DNA from: an uncultured Spirochaetota bacterium | GTDB taxonomy: Bacteria > Spirochaetota > Spirochaetia > SZUA-6 > CAVTHK01 | Direction of reading: 5' to 3' | Assembly: GCA_963734495.1 (NCBI GenBank) | Contig: CAVTHK010000013.1 | Coordinates: 192,001 to 256,000 of the forward strand | Length of the DNA: 64,000 nucleotides | Shown: piece after piece, positions 10,482-20,053 of the stretch | Position numbering within the stretch: the first letter of the stretch is position 1 | How the letters are laid out: the number at the start of each line of letters is the position of its first letter | Translations under genes and position numbers: made by a program | Notes under the pieces: generated by a model | The model's input: only the letters and a program-made list of their open reading frames with translations | Told to the model about the DNA's origin: nothing | The model's database searches: none

Positions 10482-11363
10482 GTGAGCGCAACCACGGTGG
10501 AGCTGGTCTGTGATGCGAAGGCTGAGCTGGGCGAAGGCCCCATCTGGGACTACCGCAGGGGCCTGCTGTACTGGCTCGACATCGCGGGCAAGGTCATCCA
10601 CGTCTACGATCCGATGGCGGACCGCGATCGGACGATCGAAGCAGGTCAGGAGGTCGGATGCCTCGCCCTGCGCAGCAATGGGGGCCTGATCTTCGCGGGC
10701 CGCAACGGCTTCGCCGAGGTCGACCTCGAGTCGGGCGCGATCGTCGACGTCCTCGATCCCGAGCGCCACCTGCCGGACAACCGCTTCAACGACGGCAAGT
10801 GCGATGCGCGCGGCAGGTTCTGGGCGGGCACGATGAACACAAAGGGGCAGCAGAACAAGGGCTCGCTCTACTGCCTGTACCCGGACTTCAGGCTCCGCAC
10901 GCTCATCACGGGCGTCAGCATCTCGAACGGCATCGCCTGGTCCGCGGACCAGAAGACCATGTACTACATCGACACTCCGACCCGGGAGGTCGTCGCCTTC
11001 GATTTCGACCCGGACACCGGGGACCTCTCGGGCCGCCGCGTCGTCGTACGCGTGCCGGACGACAGGGGCAAGCCCGACGGGATGACGATGGATACCGAAG
11101 GCATGCTCTGGGTCGCCCTGTACGGCGGCGGCGCCGTCACCCGGTGGGACCCGCAGGACGGAAAGCTGCTCGCGACGATCGAGGTGCCGGCGCCGAGGGT
11201 CACCTCGTGCGCGTTCGCCGGCCTGCGGATGGACGAGCTGTACATCACCACGGCGCGTCAGGGCCTCGACCCCAAGGACGCGGCCGCCTTTCCCCACTCC
11301 GGCGGCCTGTTCCTTGCGCGGCCCGGCGCGCGCGGCACGCACGAGCCGCTGTTCGGCGGCTGA
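10482..11363 (+). CDS. SMP-30/gluconolactonase/LRE family protein
   Basis: LGEGPIWD, RFNDGKCD, SNGIAWS, PDGMTMD. Confidence 0.92.
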   Translation: MSATTVELVCDAKAELGEGPIWDYRRGLLYWLDIAGKVIHVYDPMADRDRTIEAGQEVGCLALRSNGGLIFAGRNGFAEVDLESGAIVDVLDPERHLPDNRFNDGKCDARGRFWAGTMNTKGQQNKGSLYCLYPDFRLRTLITGVSISNGIAWSADQKTMYYIDTPTREVVAFDFDPDTGDLSGRRVVVRVPDDRGKPDGMTMDTEGMLWVALYGGGAVTRWDPQDGKLLATIEVPAPRVTSCAFAGLRMDELYITTARQGLDPKDAAAFPHSGGLFLARPGARGTHEPLFGG

Positions 11364-11389
11364 GCCGGCGCGGCCGGCCCGCGCCCGCT

Positions 11390-12685
11390 TCAGCTCCGGT
11401 AGTCGGCGTTCTCCTTGACGTAGCCGTAGGAGAGGTCCGAGCCGATCGCCGCGACTCTCGTGTCGCCGCCGCCGACCGCGATCTCGATCTCGACCGAGCG
11501 CTCGTGCTCCGGGTAGCCGCGGTCGCCGCTGGTGTACTGGCAATCCTTCATGTAGCGGCTCAGGCGCTCCTCCGTCCCCGGGTCGAGCGCGAAGCTCCCG
11601 CCGCGGTAGACCTGCGCCCCGCCGATGGCGAACGAGAGCTCCGCCGGATCGACAGCGATGTCGTGGTTGCCGAAGTAGTCGCCCAGCGCGCTGAGCACCC
11701 GCCCGACGTTGGGGTCGTTGCCGAACACCGCGGTCTTGACCAGCGGCGAGTTGACCACTGCCTTGGCGGCGCCGAGCGCCTGCTGCCGGCTGAGCCTGCC
11801 GCTCACGGTCACGCGCACGACGTGCTGCGCGCCTTCGCCGTTGCGCACGACGTCCTCGGCGAGCGCGGCACAGACTTCCGCGATCGCCGCGGCAAGGGCG
11901 CCCGGCCTCGCCGGCCCCCGCTTCGCGGAGCTCAGCAGCAGCACGGTGTCGCTCGTGCTCTGGTCGCTGTCCACGGAAATACGGTTGAAGGTGTCCGCGA
12001 CGGCGCGCGACAGATCGTGCCGAAGGTCGTCGCGGGAAGCCTTGACGTCGGTGAGCAGGAACACCAGCAGCGTCGCCATGTTCGGCTCGATCATGCCCGC
12101 TCCCTTGGCGACCCCCACGATCCGTCCCTCGCCCCCGTCCTGCAGGCTCACCGCCGCGGCCCTCACCTTGGGAAAGGCATCGGTCGTCATGATCGCCCGG
12201 GCCACCGGCAGGTACGACTCGCGGCTGAGCCCCTTTACGAGGTGCGGAAGCGTCTTGACCATGTCGTCGACCGGCAGCTTCCAGCCGATGATCCCGGTCG
12301 ATGCGGGCACCAGCTCCTCGGGCTTCACGTCGGTGAGCGCGGCGAGGCTCGAGAGAAGCCGCTCGGCGTCCTCGCGGCCGCCGGCCGTGTTCACGTTCGA
12401 GATCTTGTTGTTCACGAGGACGCCCGCCAGGCGGCGGCCCGCCAGGCGTTCGCGGCCGATGACGACGGGCCAGCCGGCGAAACGGTTGCGCGTGTAGCAG
12501 CCGGCGAACAGCTCCGTGGGCTCGTCGGCGAGGATCAGGGACAGGTTCATGGGAAGCGGCGCAGCGACCTGCCGCTCCGCCGGGTGGAACTCCAGGTGAG
12601 CGGTGGAGACGCGGAAGCCGTCGGGGAGAGCGGCCCGTTTCGCGAGAGCCGCCATGTATGCATCGCGGTCAGCGTATTCTGCCAT
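11390..12685 (-). CDS. argJ: Glutamate N-acetyltransferase / ornithine acetyltransferase
   Basis: STGIIGW, AIMTTD, AKGAGMIEPNMATLL, DPNVGR, DLSYGYVKENADYRS. Confidence 0.92.
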   Translation of the reverse strand: MAEYADRDAYMAALAKRAALPDGFRVSTAHLEFHPAERQVAAPLPMNLSLILADEPTELFAGCYTRNRFAGWPVVIGRERLAGRRLAGVLVNNKISNVNTAGGREDAERLLSSLAALTDVKPEELVPASTGIIGWKLPVDDMVKTLPHLVKGLSRESYLPVARAIMTTDAFPKVRAAAVSLQDGGEGRIVGVAKGAGMIEPNMATLLVFLLTDVKASRDDLRHDLSRAVADTFNRISVDSDQSTSDTVLLLSSAKRGPARPGALAAAIAEVCAALAEDVVRNGEGAQHVVRVTVSGRLSRQQALGAAKAVVNSPLVKTAVFGNDPNVGRVLSALGDYFGNHDIAVDPAELSFAIGGAQVYRGGSFALDPGTEERLSRYMKDCQYTSGDRGYPEHERSVEIEIAVGGGDTRVAAIGSDLSYGYVKENADYRS

Positions 12686-12691
12686 GGCCCT

Positions 12692-13819
12692 TTATAGCGC
12701 GCCGCCGCGATCGCCGTCGAGGAAACGGACGCACACCGCGGTAGGCACTTTGACGACCTCGCCGACGCGCGTGAGCTTCCCGCTGGCCCGATCGATGGCA
12801 AAGGTGAAGACGTCGTCGGTGTCCTGGTTGGCGGCCAGCAGGTAGCGCCCGCTGGGGTCGATCCCGAATCCTCTCGGCGTCCTGCCTCCGGAGGCCGTGT
12901 GCCCGATCGGGGTGAGCTTGCCCGATCCCTGATCGATGCGGTAGCCGGCGATGCTGTCGTGACCGCGGTTCGACCCGTAGAGGAACGCGCCGTCCGGGGT
13001 CACCTGCACGTCCGAGCACGTGCTGTGGCCCGCGAACCCTTCGGGAAGGGTCGAGACCGTCTGCAGGCGCTCAAGAGCGCCGCTGGGCCGCTCGCGGGCG
13101 AAGGCGCTGATCGTCGAGCTCAGCTCGTTGATCAGGTAGGCGTAGCGGCCGCTCGGGTGGAAGGCAAAGGAACGGGGCCCCGCACCCGGCTTTTCCGCGA
13201 CGAGGAGGTCGTCGCGCGCGCGCAGCTTTCCGCGCTTCGCGTCGACCTCGTACACGACGAGCCGGTCGAGGCCGAGGTCGGGCACGAAGAGGAGGCTCCG
13301 GGAGGCGTCAAAGTTGACCGCGTGCGCGTGGGGGCCGCGCTGCCGCACCGGGTCCACGCTCGAGCCATGGTGCTGCACGAAGTCGCTGGCCTCGGCGAGG
13401 CTTCCGTCCGCGTTGACCGGAAACACCGAGACGCTGCCGCTCGCGAAGTTCGCGACGAACACGTGCGAGCCGGCGTCGTGCACGGAGACGTGGCAGGGGT
13501 CGGTGCCGCCCGTGGCCTGCTGATTCAGGAACGTGAGGCCCCCGTCCTTGCCGATCGCGTACGCGCTGACCGCTCCGCTCGCCTGCTCGCGGAACTTCTT
13601 GAACTCGTTCACGCAGTAGAGGAACCGCCCGTCCGGCGAAAAGGCCAGGTACGAGGGGTTGACGATTCCGCGCATCGTGGCCTTCGGGGTGAGCGACCCG
13701 TTGCGAAGGTCCAGAGTGAACAGGTAGATGCCTTCACCTTTGCTCTGAAGGACCTTGCCCGTTCCAAACAGGATGGGCTCCGTGTAGGTGCCAAAGTACA
13801 CCGAAAGTTGATCCGCCAT
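12692..13819 (-). CDS. Lactonase family protein (6-phosphogluconolactonase-like beta-propeller)
   Basis: GTYT, NPSYL, RQRGPHAH, PDLGLD, GAGPR, SNRGHDSI, TPRGF. Confidence 0.9.
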   Translation of the reverse strand: MADQLSVYFGTYTEPILFGTGKVLQSKGEGIYLFTLDLRNGSLTPKATMRGIVNPSYLAFSPDGRFLYCVNEFKKFREQASGAVSAYAIGKDGGLTFLNQQATGGTDPCHVSVHDAGSHVFVANFASGSVSVFPVNADGSLAEASDFVQHHGSSVDPVRQRGPHAHAVNFDASRSLLFVPDLGLDRLVVYEVDAKRGKLRARDDLLVAEKPGAGPRSFAFHPSGRYAYLINELSSTISAFARERPSGALERLQTVSTLPEGFAGHSTCSDVQVTPDGAFLYGSNRGHDSIAGYRIDQGSGKLTPIGHTASGGRTPRGFGIDPSGRYLLAANQDTDDVFTFAIDRASGKLTRVGEVVKVPTAVCVRFLDGDRGGAL

Positions 13820-13977
13820 CGATCCCGTCCCCCTCTCGCGCCGGTCGGAGGACTATAGGCGGAATTGCGCGTCGATTTCAACGCCTCCGATTCGCTATAA
13901 TCCACGCTGAGAACGGTCTCATGCCCGAGGCGCCGGGCGCTTGTGCGAACCCGTCGCGCGGGGGAGGAGGAACGCCG

Positions 13978-14907
13978 ATGAAGTTGGGCACTTCCATATG
14001 GCCCTGGAAATGGGGACCGCCGTATGACGATGCGATCACGCGCATCGCGAGAGCAGGCTTCAAGGCGGTGGAGCTGATCGCGTGGGAGCCCAGGGTCTTC
14101 GACGAGTACTACACGCCGTCGAAGATCAAGGAGCTGAGAAAGCGCATCGCGGACGAAGGGCTGGATCTGTCCGAGTTCGTCTCCACGCCGCGCGACCTGG
14201 CGCACCCGGACAAGAGCAAGCGGCAGGCGTCCGTCGATCACTTCAAGCGCATGGTGGACACCGCCGTCGCTCTCGGCACAAAGATCGTCAACAGCGTGGC
14301 GCCGCACCCGTTCTCGCTCGAGTTCCCGAGGATCACGGATCTGCCGCACGTGCAGGAGTTCCGCGCGAACCTGCCTTCGGGCCTCGACTGGAAACGCAAC
14401 TGGGAGGACTACGTCGGCGCCATGAAGCAGTGCTGCAGAGTCTGTGAGCAGGCCGGGGTGCGCTACGCTCTCGAGTCGCACCCTTACCGCATCATGCGCA
14501 ACGCCGATTCGATGCTGCGGCTGATCGAGCACGTCGGCTCTCCGGCGCTCGGGATGAACCTCGATCCGAGCCACCTGTTTCCGCTCGGGGAGCTTCCCGA
14601 GGTCGTGATCGGCATGCTGGGCGACCGCATCTTCCACTGCCATTTCTCCGACAACGACGGCGTGACCAACGCGCACTGGAGAGTCGGGCGCGGCAAGGTC
14701 GACTGGAAAGCCGTGATGCGGGCGCTCAAGGAGACCGGGTTCAATGGCGTGATCTCGATCGAGCTCGAGGACGCGCCGGGCGGCCGCGACGAGCACGTTC
14801 CGGGAGAAAAGAGATCGGCGGCGACACAGGAGTTCGAGGAAGAGAACAAGGCGTCCATGGAGCACATCAAGCGGATCTGCGCGGAGCTGCAGATCAGGCT
14901 CGAGTAG
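13978..14907 (+). CDS. Sugar phosphate isomerase/epimerase (xylose isomerase-like TIM barrel)
   Basis: ALESHP, NLDPSH, HCHFSDN, GKVDW, ISIELE; GGAGGAGG RBS. Confidence 0.85.
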   Translation: MKLGTSIWPWKWGPPYDDAITRIARAGFKAVELIAWEPRVFDEYYTPSKIKELRKRIADEGLDLSEFVSTPRDLAHPDKSKRQASVDHFKRMVDTAVALGTKIVNSVAPHPFSLEFPRITDLPHVQEFRANLPSGLDWKRNWEDYVGAMKQCCRVCEQAGVRYALESHPYRIMRNADSMLRLIEHVGSPALGMNLDPSHLFPLGELPEVVIGMLGDRIFHCHFSDNDGVTNAHWRVGRGKVDWKAVMRALKETGFNGVISIELEDAPGGRDEHVPGEKRSAATQEFEEENKASMEHIKRICAELQIRLE

Positions 14908-14924
14908 AGCGGCGCGTCGGGGCG

Positions 14925-14974
14925 GTCGCTTTGACCGCCGTCGCTTTGACCGCCGTCGCGCGGCCGGCTATCAT
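14925..14974 (+). promoter_or_regulatory. aroA promoter with a 15 bp tandem duplication spanning the -35
   Basis: GTCGCTTTGACCGCC twice (14925-14954); TTGACC (14946-51), 17 bp, TATCAT (14969-74), 8 nt before ATG. Confidence 0.6.
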
Positions 14975-14982
14975 TACCGACC

Positions 14983-16239
14983 ATGGAAGTCACCATCCGC
15001 CCCGGAACGCTCTCGGGCCGCGTTCGCGTCCCGGCGTCCAAGTCGCACACGATCCGGGCGTTGATCATAGCCGCCCTCGCCGAAGGCGAGTCGCGCGTCA
15101 TCCATCCGCTCGACTCGGCGGACACGCGCTCGTGCCTCGCGTGCTGCCGGGCGCTCGGCGCCGAAATCGGGGAGCGCCCCGGCGAATGGGTCGTGCGCGG
15201 CACGGCAGGCCGGCCGATTGCGCCCGAGAACGTCGTCGACGTGGGCAACTCGGGCACGACCCTCTACATCGCCATGGCCGCCTCGGCGCTGGCCAAAGGC
15301 TTTACGGTGTTCACGGGCGACGAGCAGATCCGGCGGCGGTCCGCGGCAAACCTGCTCGGCGCGCTGCGCGACCTCGGGGCGACGGCGTTCGACACGCGAG
15401 GCAACGGCTGCGCGCCCCTGGTCATCGGCGGCCCCCTCCGCGGCGGCCGCACGGCGATCGCCTGCCCCACCTCGCAGTATCTCTCGGCCCTGCTGCTGGC
15501 GGCCCCGCTCGCCGCTGAAACGAGCGAGATCGAGGTGACGCTGCTGAACGAGCAGCCGTACGTCGAGATGACCCTCGACTGGCTGAAGCGCCAGGGCATC
15601 CGCCTCGAGCGGCGCGGGCTGATGTGGTACCGCGTGCCCGGCGGCCAGGCGTACGGCGCGTTCGAGCGCGCGGTGCCGGGCGACTTTTCCTCGGCCACGT
15701 TCTTCTTCTGCGCGGCGGCGGTCACGGGTTCGTCGGTCACAGTGGAAGGGCTCGACCCCAACGACTCGCAGGGCGACAAGGAAGTGCTCGGCCTGCTCGA
15801 GCAGATGGGATGCCGCGTGAGCTGGAGCGACACCTCGGTCACCGTCGAGGGCGCGGCGCTCAAGGGGATCGAAGCCGACCTCAACGCGATGCCCGACGCC
15901 CTGCCCGCGCTCGCCGTGACCGCCTGCTTTGCCGAGGGGACGACCCGCCTCGGCAATGTCCCGCAGGCGCGGCTCAAGGAGACCGACCGCATCGCGGTGA
16001 TGGCCACGGAGCTCTCCCGCCTCGGCGCCACGGTGCGCGAGGAGCCCGACGGTCTCGTGATCGAAGGCTCGCGACTGCGCGGCGGAAGCGTCGACGGCCA
16101 CGGCGACCATCGCGTCGTCATGGCGCTGGGGATCGCCGGCCTGGGGGCCAAGGGGGGCACGACGGTGAGCACCGCGGAGTCGGCCGCGGTGACCTTCCCC
16201 AGGTTCTTCGATCTGATGGAGGGCCTGCGGGCGCGTTAG
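14983..16239 (+). CDS. aroA: 3-phosphoshikimate 1-carboxyvinyltransferase (EPSP synthase)
   Basis: PASKSHT, GNSGTT, SQYLSALL, GDFSSA, RLKETDRI, DHRVVM. Confidence 0.95.
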   Translation: MEVTIRPGTLSGRVRVPASKSHTIRALIIAALAEGESRVIHPLDSADTRSCLACCRALGAEIGERPGEWVVRGTAGRPIAPENVVDVGNSGTTLYIAMAASALAKGFTVFTGDEQIRRRSAANLLGALRDLGATAFDTRGNGCAPLVIGGPLRGGRTAIACPTSQYLSALLLAAPLAAETSEIEVTLLNEQPYVEMTLDWLKRQGIRLERRGLMWYRVPGGQAYGAFERAVPGDFSSATFFFCAAAVTGSSVTVEGLDPNDSQGDKEVLGLLEQMGCRVSWSDTSVTVEGAALKGIEADLNAMPDALPALAVTACFAEGTTRLGNVPQARLKETDRIAVMATELSRLGATVREEPDGLVIEGSRLRGGSVDGHGDHRVVMALGIAGLGAKGGTTVSTAESAAVTFPRFFDLMEGLRAR

Positions 16240-16282
16240 CCCGATGGCCGGTGAGCCGGTACCTGGCCGCGGGACCCGCGCG

Positions 16283-17020
16283 CTACCAGTCGACCTCGCT
16301 CTGGAAGCGCGAGATCACGCGCGCGAGATCGATCTTGCCCTCGTAGATCGCCTTGCCCGTGATGATGCCGCGCACCAGGGGGTGGCGGCGGCGAGCCACG
16401 GTTTCGACGTGCAGCTCGGATCCGATGCCGCCGGAAAGCAGCGTCGGAAGCCCCGCGGCCTTGGCGACGAGGTTCGTCCTCTCGATGTCGGGACCGGCCA
16501 GGGTCCCGTCCCGGCCGATGCTCGTGTAGATGAGCCGCTGGAGCCCCGCGACGGCGAGCCCCAGCGCCATCTCCTGGTCCCGGCGGTGGGTGTCCTTCTT
16601 CCATCCCTTGATCTTGACGCGGCCGCGCTCGGCGTCTATCCCCGCGGCGAACCGCGGCGCTCCGAAGCGTTGGAGCCACTCGGCGACTGCCTCGGGCTCG
16701 CTCACGAGGACCGTGCCCAGGATCAGTCGGTCGGCGCCGAGCTCGATCACGCGGCGGACGTCCGAGGCGGTGCGGATCCCGCCGCCCACCTCGATGCGGC
16801 AGGCGACGGCGCGGCGGATCGATTCGATCGCGGCGCGGTTGTCCACCTCGCCGCGCGCGGCGTCCAGGTCCACGACGTGGAGCCACGCGGCCCCGGCCTG
16901 CTCGAGCTGCTTCGCCATGTCGGCGGGACGCTCGTCATAGATGCGGCTCGAGCTGTAGCGGCCCTGGAGCAGGCGCACGCATTTGCCGTCGAGCAGGTCG
17001 ATCGCGGGTATGATCAGCAC
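16283..17020 (-). CDS. hisA: ProFAR isomerase
   Basis: IIPAIDLLDGKCVRLLQG, HVVDLD, EVGGGIR, DGTLAG, GKAIYEG. Confidence 0.95.
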   Translation of the reverse strand: MLIIPAIDLLDGKCVRLLQGRYSSSRIYDERPADMAKQLEQAGAAWLHVVDLDAARGEVDNRAAIESIRRAVACRIEVGGGIRTASDVRRVIELGADRLILGTVLVSEPEAVAEWLQRFGAPRFAAGIDAERGRVKIKGWKKDTHRRDQEMALGLAVAGLQRLIYTSIGRDGTLAGPDIERTNLVAKAAGLPTLLSGGIGSELHVETVARRRHPLVRGIITGKAIYEGKIDLARVISRFQSEVDW

Positions 17021-17061
17021 GCCGTTTGACTCCTCGCACCCCGCATACTATCCTCGCGCGC

Positions 17062-18306
17062 GTGGAAGATAAAGCGTCGGTCGAGCGGCTCCAGAAGCGG
17101 CTGCTCCAGCGCCTGCTGAGCTACGTACGGGTCGACACGGCCTCGGACGGGCACCTCGCAGCCCGGCCTACCACGCCCGGCCAGGGGCAGCTCCTGCAGG
17201 CGCTCCAGTCGGAGCTCGCCTCGTTCGGCGGCGTGGACACCGAGCTGCACGAAGGCCGGGTGCTGATCGCGCGCCTCCCCGGCACGCGGCCCGGGGCGCC
17301 CGTCGTCGGCTTCATGGCCCACGTCGACACGGTCGGCGACCCGAGCGGGTCGGGAGTCACGCCGGTGGTGCACGAGCGCTACGACGGCCGCGCGATCGAG
17401 CTGGCCGAGGGCAGGAGGCTGGACCCGGCCGAAGCGACCGATCTCAAGCGCTACGCGGGCGCCACTCTCGTAACGTCAGACGGGCGTACGATCCTCGGGG
17501 CCGACGACAAGGCCGGCGTCGCCGAGCTGATGACCGCGGCCGAGGCGCTGGCGTCGATGCCGGCGCGGGCCAGGGGACCGGTCGAGATGTACTTTACGAC
17601 AGACGAAGAGACCGGCTTCGGGATGCAGGGGTTTCCCAAAGAGAAGGCGCGCTGCGTCTGCTGCTACACGCTCGATGGCGAAGGCGAAGGCGGCATCGAG
17701 GCCGAATGTTTCCACGCCTACAGGGTGCAGGTGCACTTTACCGGCCGCGTCTTCCACCTGGGGAGCGCTCGGGGCAGGCTCGTCAACGCGGTCGAGATGG
17801 CGGCCGCGCTGGTCAGCCTCCTGCGCGGGGCGGAAAGCCCGCAGGCGACCGACCTCCGCCACGGCTACTACTGCCCGTACGAGATCGGCGGAAACGTCGG
17901 CGAGGCGAGCCTCACCATCCTGCTTCGGGACTTCGACGACGCCCAGTGCTCACGGCGCATCGAGGCGATCAGGGCCGCTGCGGCCGCGGTCGAGCGCATG
18001 AATCCCGGCGGCACGACGCGCGTCGAGGTCGAAAAGCAATACGCGAACATGCGCGAGGAGCTGCAGCGCCACCCCGAGGTGCTGCGCCGGCTCGAGGAAG
18101 CGGTGCGCAAGACCGGGATCGAGCCCGAGTACAAGCTGATCCGCGGCGGGACTGACGGCGCGCGGCTCACGGAGATGGGCGTCCCGACTCCCAACATCTT
18201 CGACGGCGGCTACAACTATCATTCGCTTCTCGAGTGGGCGGCTTTGCCCGCGATGGTTCGGGCCACGCAGGTCGTGCTGAACCTTGTCGACCTCTGGGCC
18301 AAGTAG
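17062..18306 (+). CDS. pepT: Peptidase T (tripeptide aminopeptidase)
   Basis: AHVDT, LGADDKAG, DEETG, IRGGTDGARL, PNIFDGGYNYHS. Confidence 0.92.
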   Translation: MEDKASVERLQKRLLQRLLSYVRVDTASDGHLAARPTTPGQGQLLQALQSELASFGGVDTELHEGRVLIARLPGTRPGAPVVGFMAHVDTVGDPSGSGVTPVVHERYDGRAIELAEGRRLDPAEATDLKRYAGATLVTSDGRTILGADDKAGVAELMTAAEALASMPARARGPVEMYFTTDEETGFGMQGFPKEKARCVCCYTLDGEGEGGIEAECFHAYRVQVHFTGRVFHLGSARGRLVNAVEMAAALVSLLRGAESPQATDLRHGYYCPYEIGGNVGEASLTILLRDFDDAQCSRRIEAIRAAAAAVERMNPGGTTRVEVEKQYANMREELQRHPEVLRRLEEAVRKTGIEPEYKLIRGGTDGARLTEMGVPTPNIFDGGYNYHSLLEWAALPAMVRATQVVLNLVDLWAK

Positions 18307-18407
18307 CGCTGCACAGGCCGGTGGGCGGGTCAGGGCCGACGCGCTGCTTCGTTTCATGCGCGAAAGCGCAGTCAGGACGCAGAGGAAAGACCGTGAAGGA
18401 ACGAAAC

Positions 18408-19109
18408 GTGAAAAAGGTTTGCATAATAGGGGCATCCGGAAAGCTTGGCCAGTACATGGTGAGACACGCGCTTGATCGGGGGTACGAGGTCATCGCCGTC
18501 TGTCGGGGGCGTAGTGTGCCCAAGCTGGAAGCCTTCAAGGGACGAATCACGGTTGTCCCCGGAGCGACGAACGACCGCAAAGTGATCAGAGAGGCGGTTG
18601 CTGGATGCTACGGGGTGCTGACCGTGCTGTGGCCCTGGGGAGTTCACCAGTACTCGTCAGGGACGGCGCAGGCGGTGCTCGACTACGCGCCACCTGGTGC
18701 GCGCCTGGTATTCTCCTGCGGTTGGCATATCTCGCGGGACGGCCAGGATGTCTACTCAAAGGGCTTCAAGACGATGGAAAAGGCCGCCAGTTTGCTCGGC
18801 AAGCTGCTGCGCGCATTCGAGATCGAGGACCAGGTGGAAGCGTGTCGACGCGTGTTTGCCAGTGACACGCGGTGGACCGTGGTTCGCGGGAGCGATCTGG
18901 AGGAAGGCGAGAGCCAGGGTCTGCCGGTATGGAGCAGGCATGTTGGCGACCCGATTCTAGAGAGCAACATGACGCGCCGTGTGGACTTCGCGCTGTTCAT
19001 GGTGGCGGCGCTCGAGAACGACGAACTGGTTCACGAGGCTCCGGCGATTGTGGGCTGCCAGACGACTTCGGCACTCGCCGCCAAGGGGCAAGAGCGCGTG
19101 CAGATCTGA
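18408..19109 (+). CDS. NAD(P)-binding oxidoreductase (flavin reductase/BVR-B-like)
   Basis: Rossmann motif IIGASGKLG, WTVVRG; alternative in-frame GTG at 18393. Confidence 0.8.
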   Translation: MKKVCIIGASGKLGQYMVRHALDRGYEVIAVCRGRSVPKLEAFKGRITVVPGATNDRKVIREAVAGCYGVLTVLWPWGVHQYSSGTAQAVLDYAPPGARLVFSCGWHISRDGQDVYSKGFKTMEKAASLLGKLLRAFEIEDQVEACRRVFASDTRWTVVRGSDLEEGESQGLPVWSRHVGDPILESNMTRRVDFALFMVAALENDELVHEAPAIVGCQTTSALAAKGQERVQI

Positions 19110-19208
19110 CCACTACTCGCGTGCACCGAGCATGTGGAACGGAAACCGTGATTGTGCGCCCCAGTGTGCACGTGTCACTCGCATGGCTCCCATAAGGCGC
19201 GTCGTATT

Positions 19209-19823
19209 CTACGGGATGGCTTGCTTCGGAAAGTCACCCTTTGTGATCGCCTGGATTTTGCCGCACACAAACTCCACCCGGTCACTGACCGAAGCCCGTG
19301 GAACTTCGACGACAAGATAGCCCAATCCCGCATAGACCCTGCGCACGTCCTCTCCGAACTGCCGTGCCGATTCGAAGTCCATCTTCCTTTCGTCATCTGT
19401 TGTGTATATCTCCTTCCAGCCACTGAAGAAGAACACGCACCTGTTGTATACGAACCGGCTGGCCGCCCTCTCATAGACCGCCCTGTCGACTTTGAAGAGG
19501 TCAGCATATGCAATGAGATCCGGAATCCCTCTGTCGAAAAGCGTGATCCCTTCTGCTTTCGGGTTGCTTTCGAATGCGTACATCGCCCTCGAAAGCAGCA
19601 ATTGATTGAACAGGCCGGCATCCGACTCCGGAACCCCCTGGCCGCGAATCGAGCGTTGCTCCCTCAGTACCTGCCGAGCCGGATCGTCGACACAGGCGAA
19701 ACCGACGGGCTTCATCCGAGCGAATACAGTGGACTTGCCGGCTCCCATCGCTCCAGTGAATACGAAGAACCTGTCCCGGATCACGCCAATCTCCTCAAAT
19801 CCGTTCGATCGCGAGATGGCCAT
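19209..19823 (-). CDS. P-loop ATPase/kinase (AAA_28, NadR/Ttd14-like), cassette gene
   Basis: FTGAMGAGKST, FDRGIPD, IYTTDDER. Confidence 0.8.
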   Translation of the reverse strand: MAISRSNGFEEIGVIRDRFFVFTGAMGAGKSTVFARMKPVGFACVDDPARQVLREQRSIRGQGVPESDAGLFNQLLLSRAMYAFESNPKAEGITLFDRGIPDLIAYADLFKVDRAVYERAASRFVYNRCVFFFSGWKEIYTTDDERKMDFESARQFGEDVRRVYAGLGYLVVEVPRASVSDRVEFVCGKIQAITKGDFPKQAIP

Positions 19824-19915
19824 GCGGCGGCGGAGCCGCGCATCCCGTGAGCGAATTCCCCTTCGGACGGCCAGAGGGATCTACTCTCCGCGCGATCAGT
19901 GGTCTACCAAACGCA

Positions 19916-20026
19916 GCCCGACATGGAGTTGAGCTGCGCCGCCGCGCGTACCGCGCCGCAGTGTACGCCACATGGCCGACGGTGGTAGGCGCGGCTTAAG
20001 TCGTCAGCTCCAACGATTTGATACTT
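19916..20026 (-). repeat. attC-like site (both cores degenerate)
   Basis: Plus strand GCCCGACATGGAGTTGAGCTGCGCCGCCG...TTAAGTCGTCAGCTCCAACGATTTG, homologous to 24838-24951. Confidence 0.75.
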
Positions 20027-20053
20027 ATGCTCATCAAGCGATGGTGGCAATGC

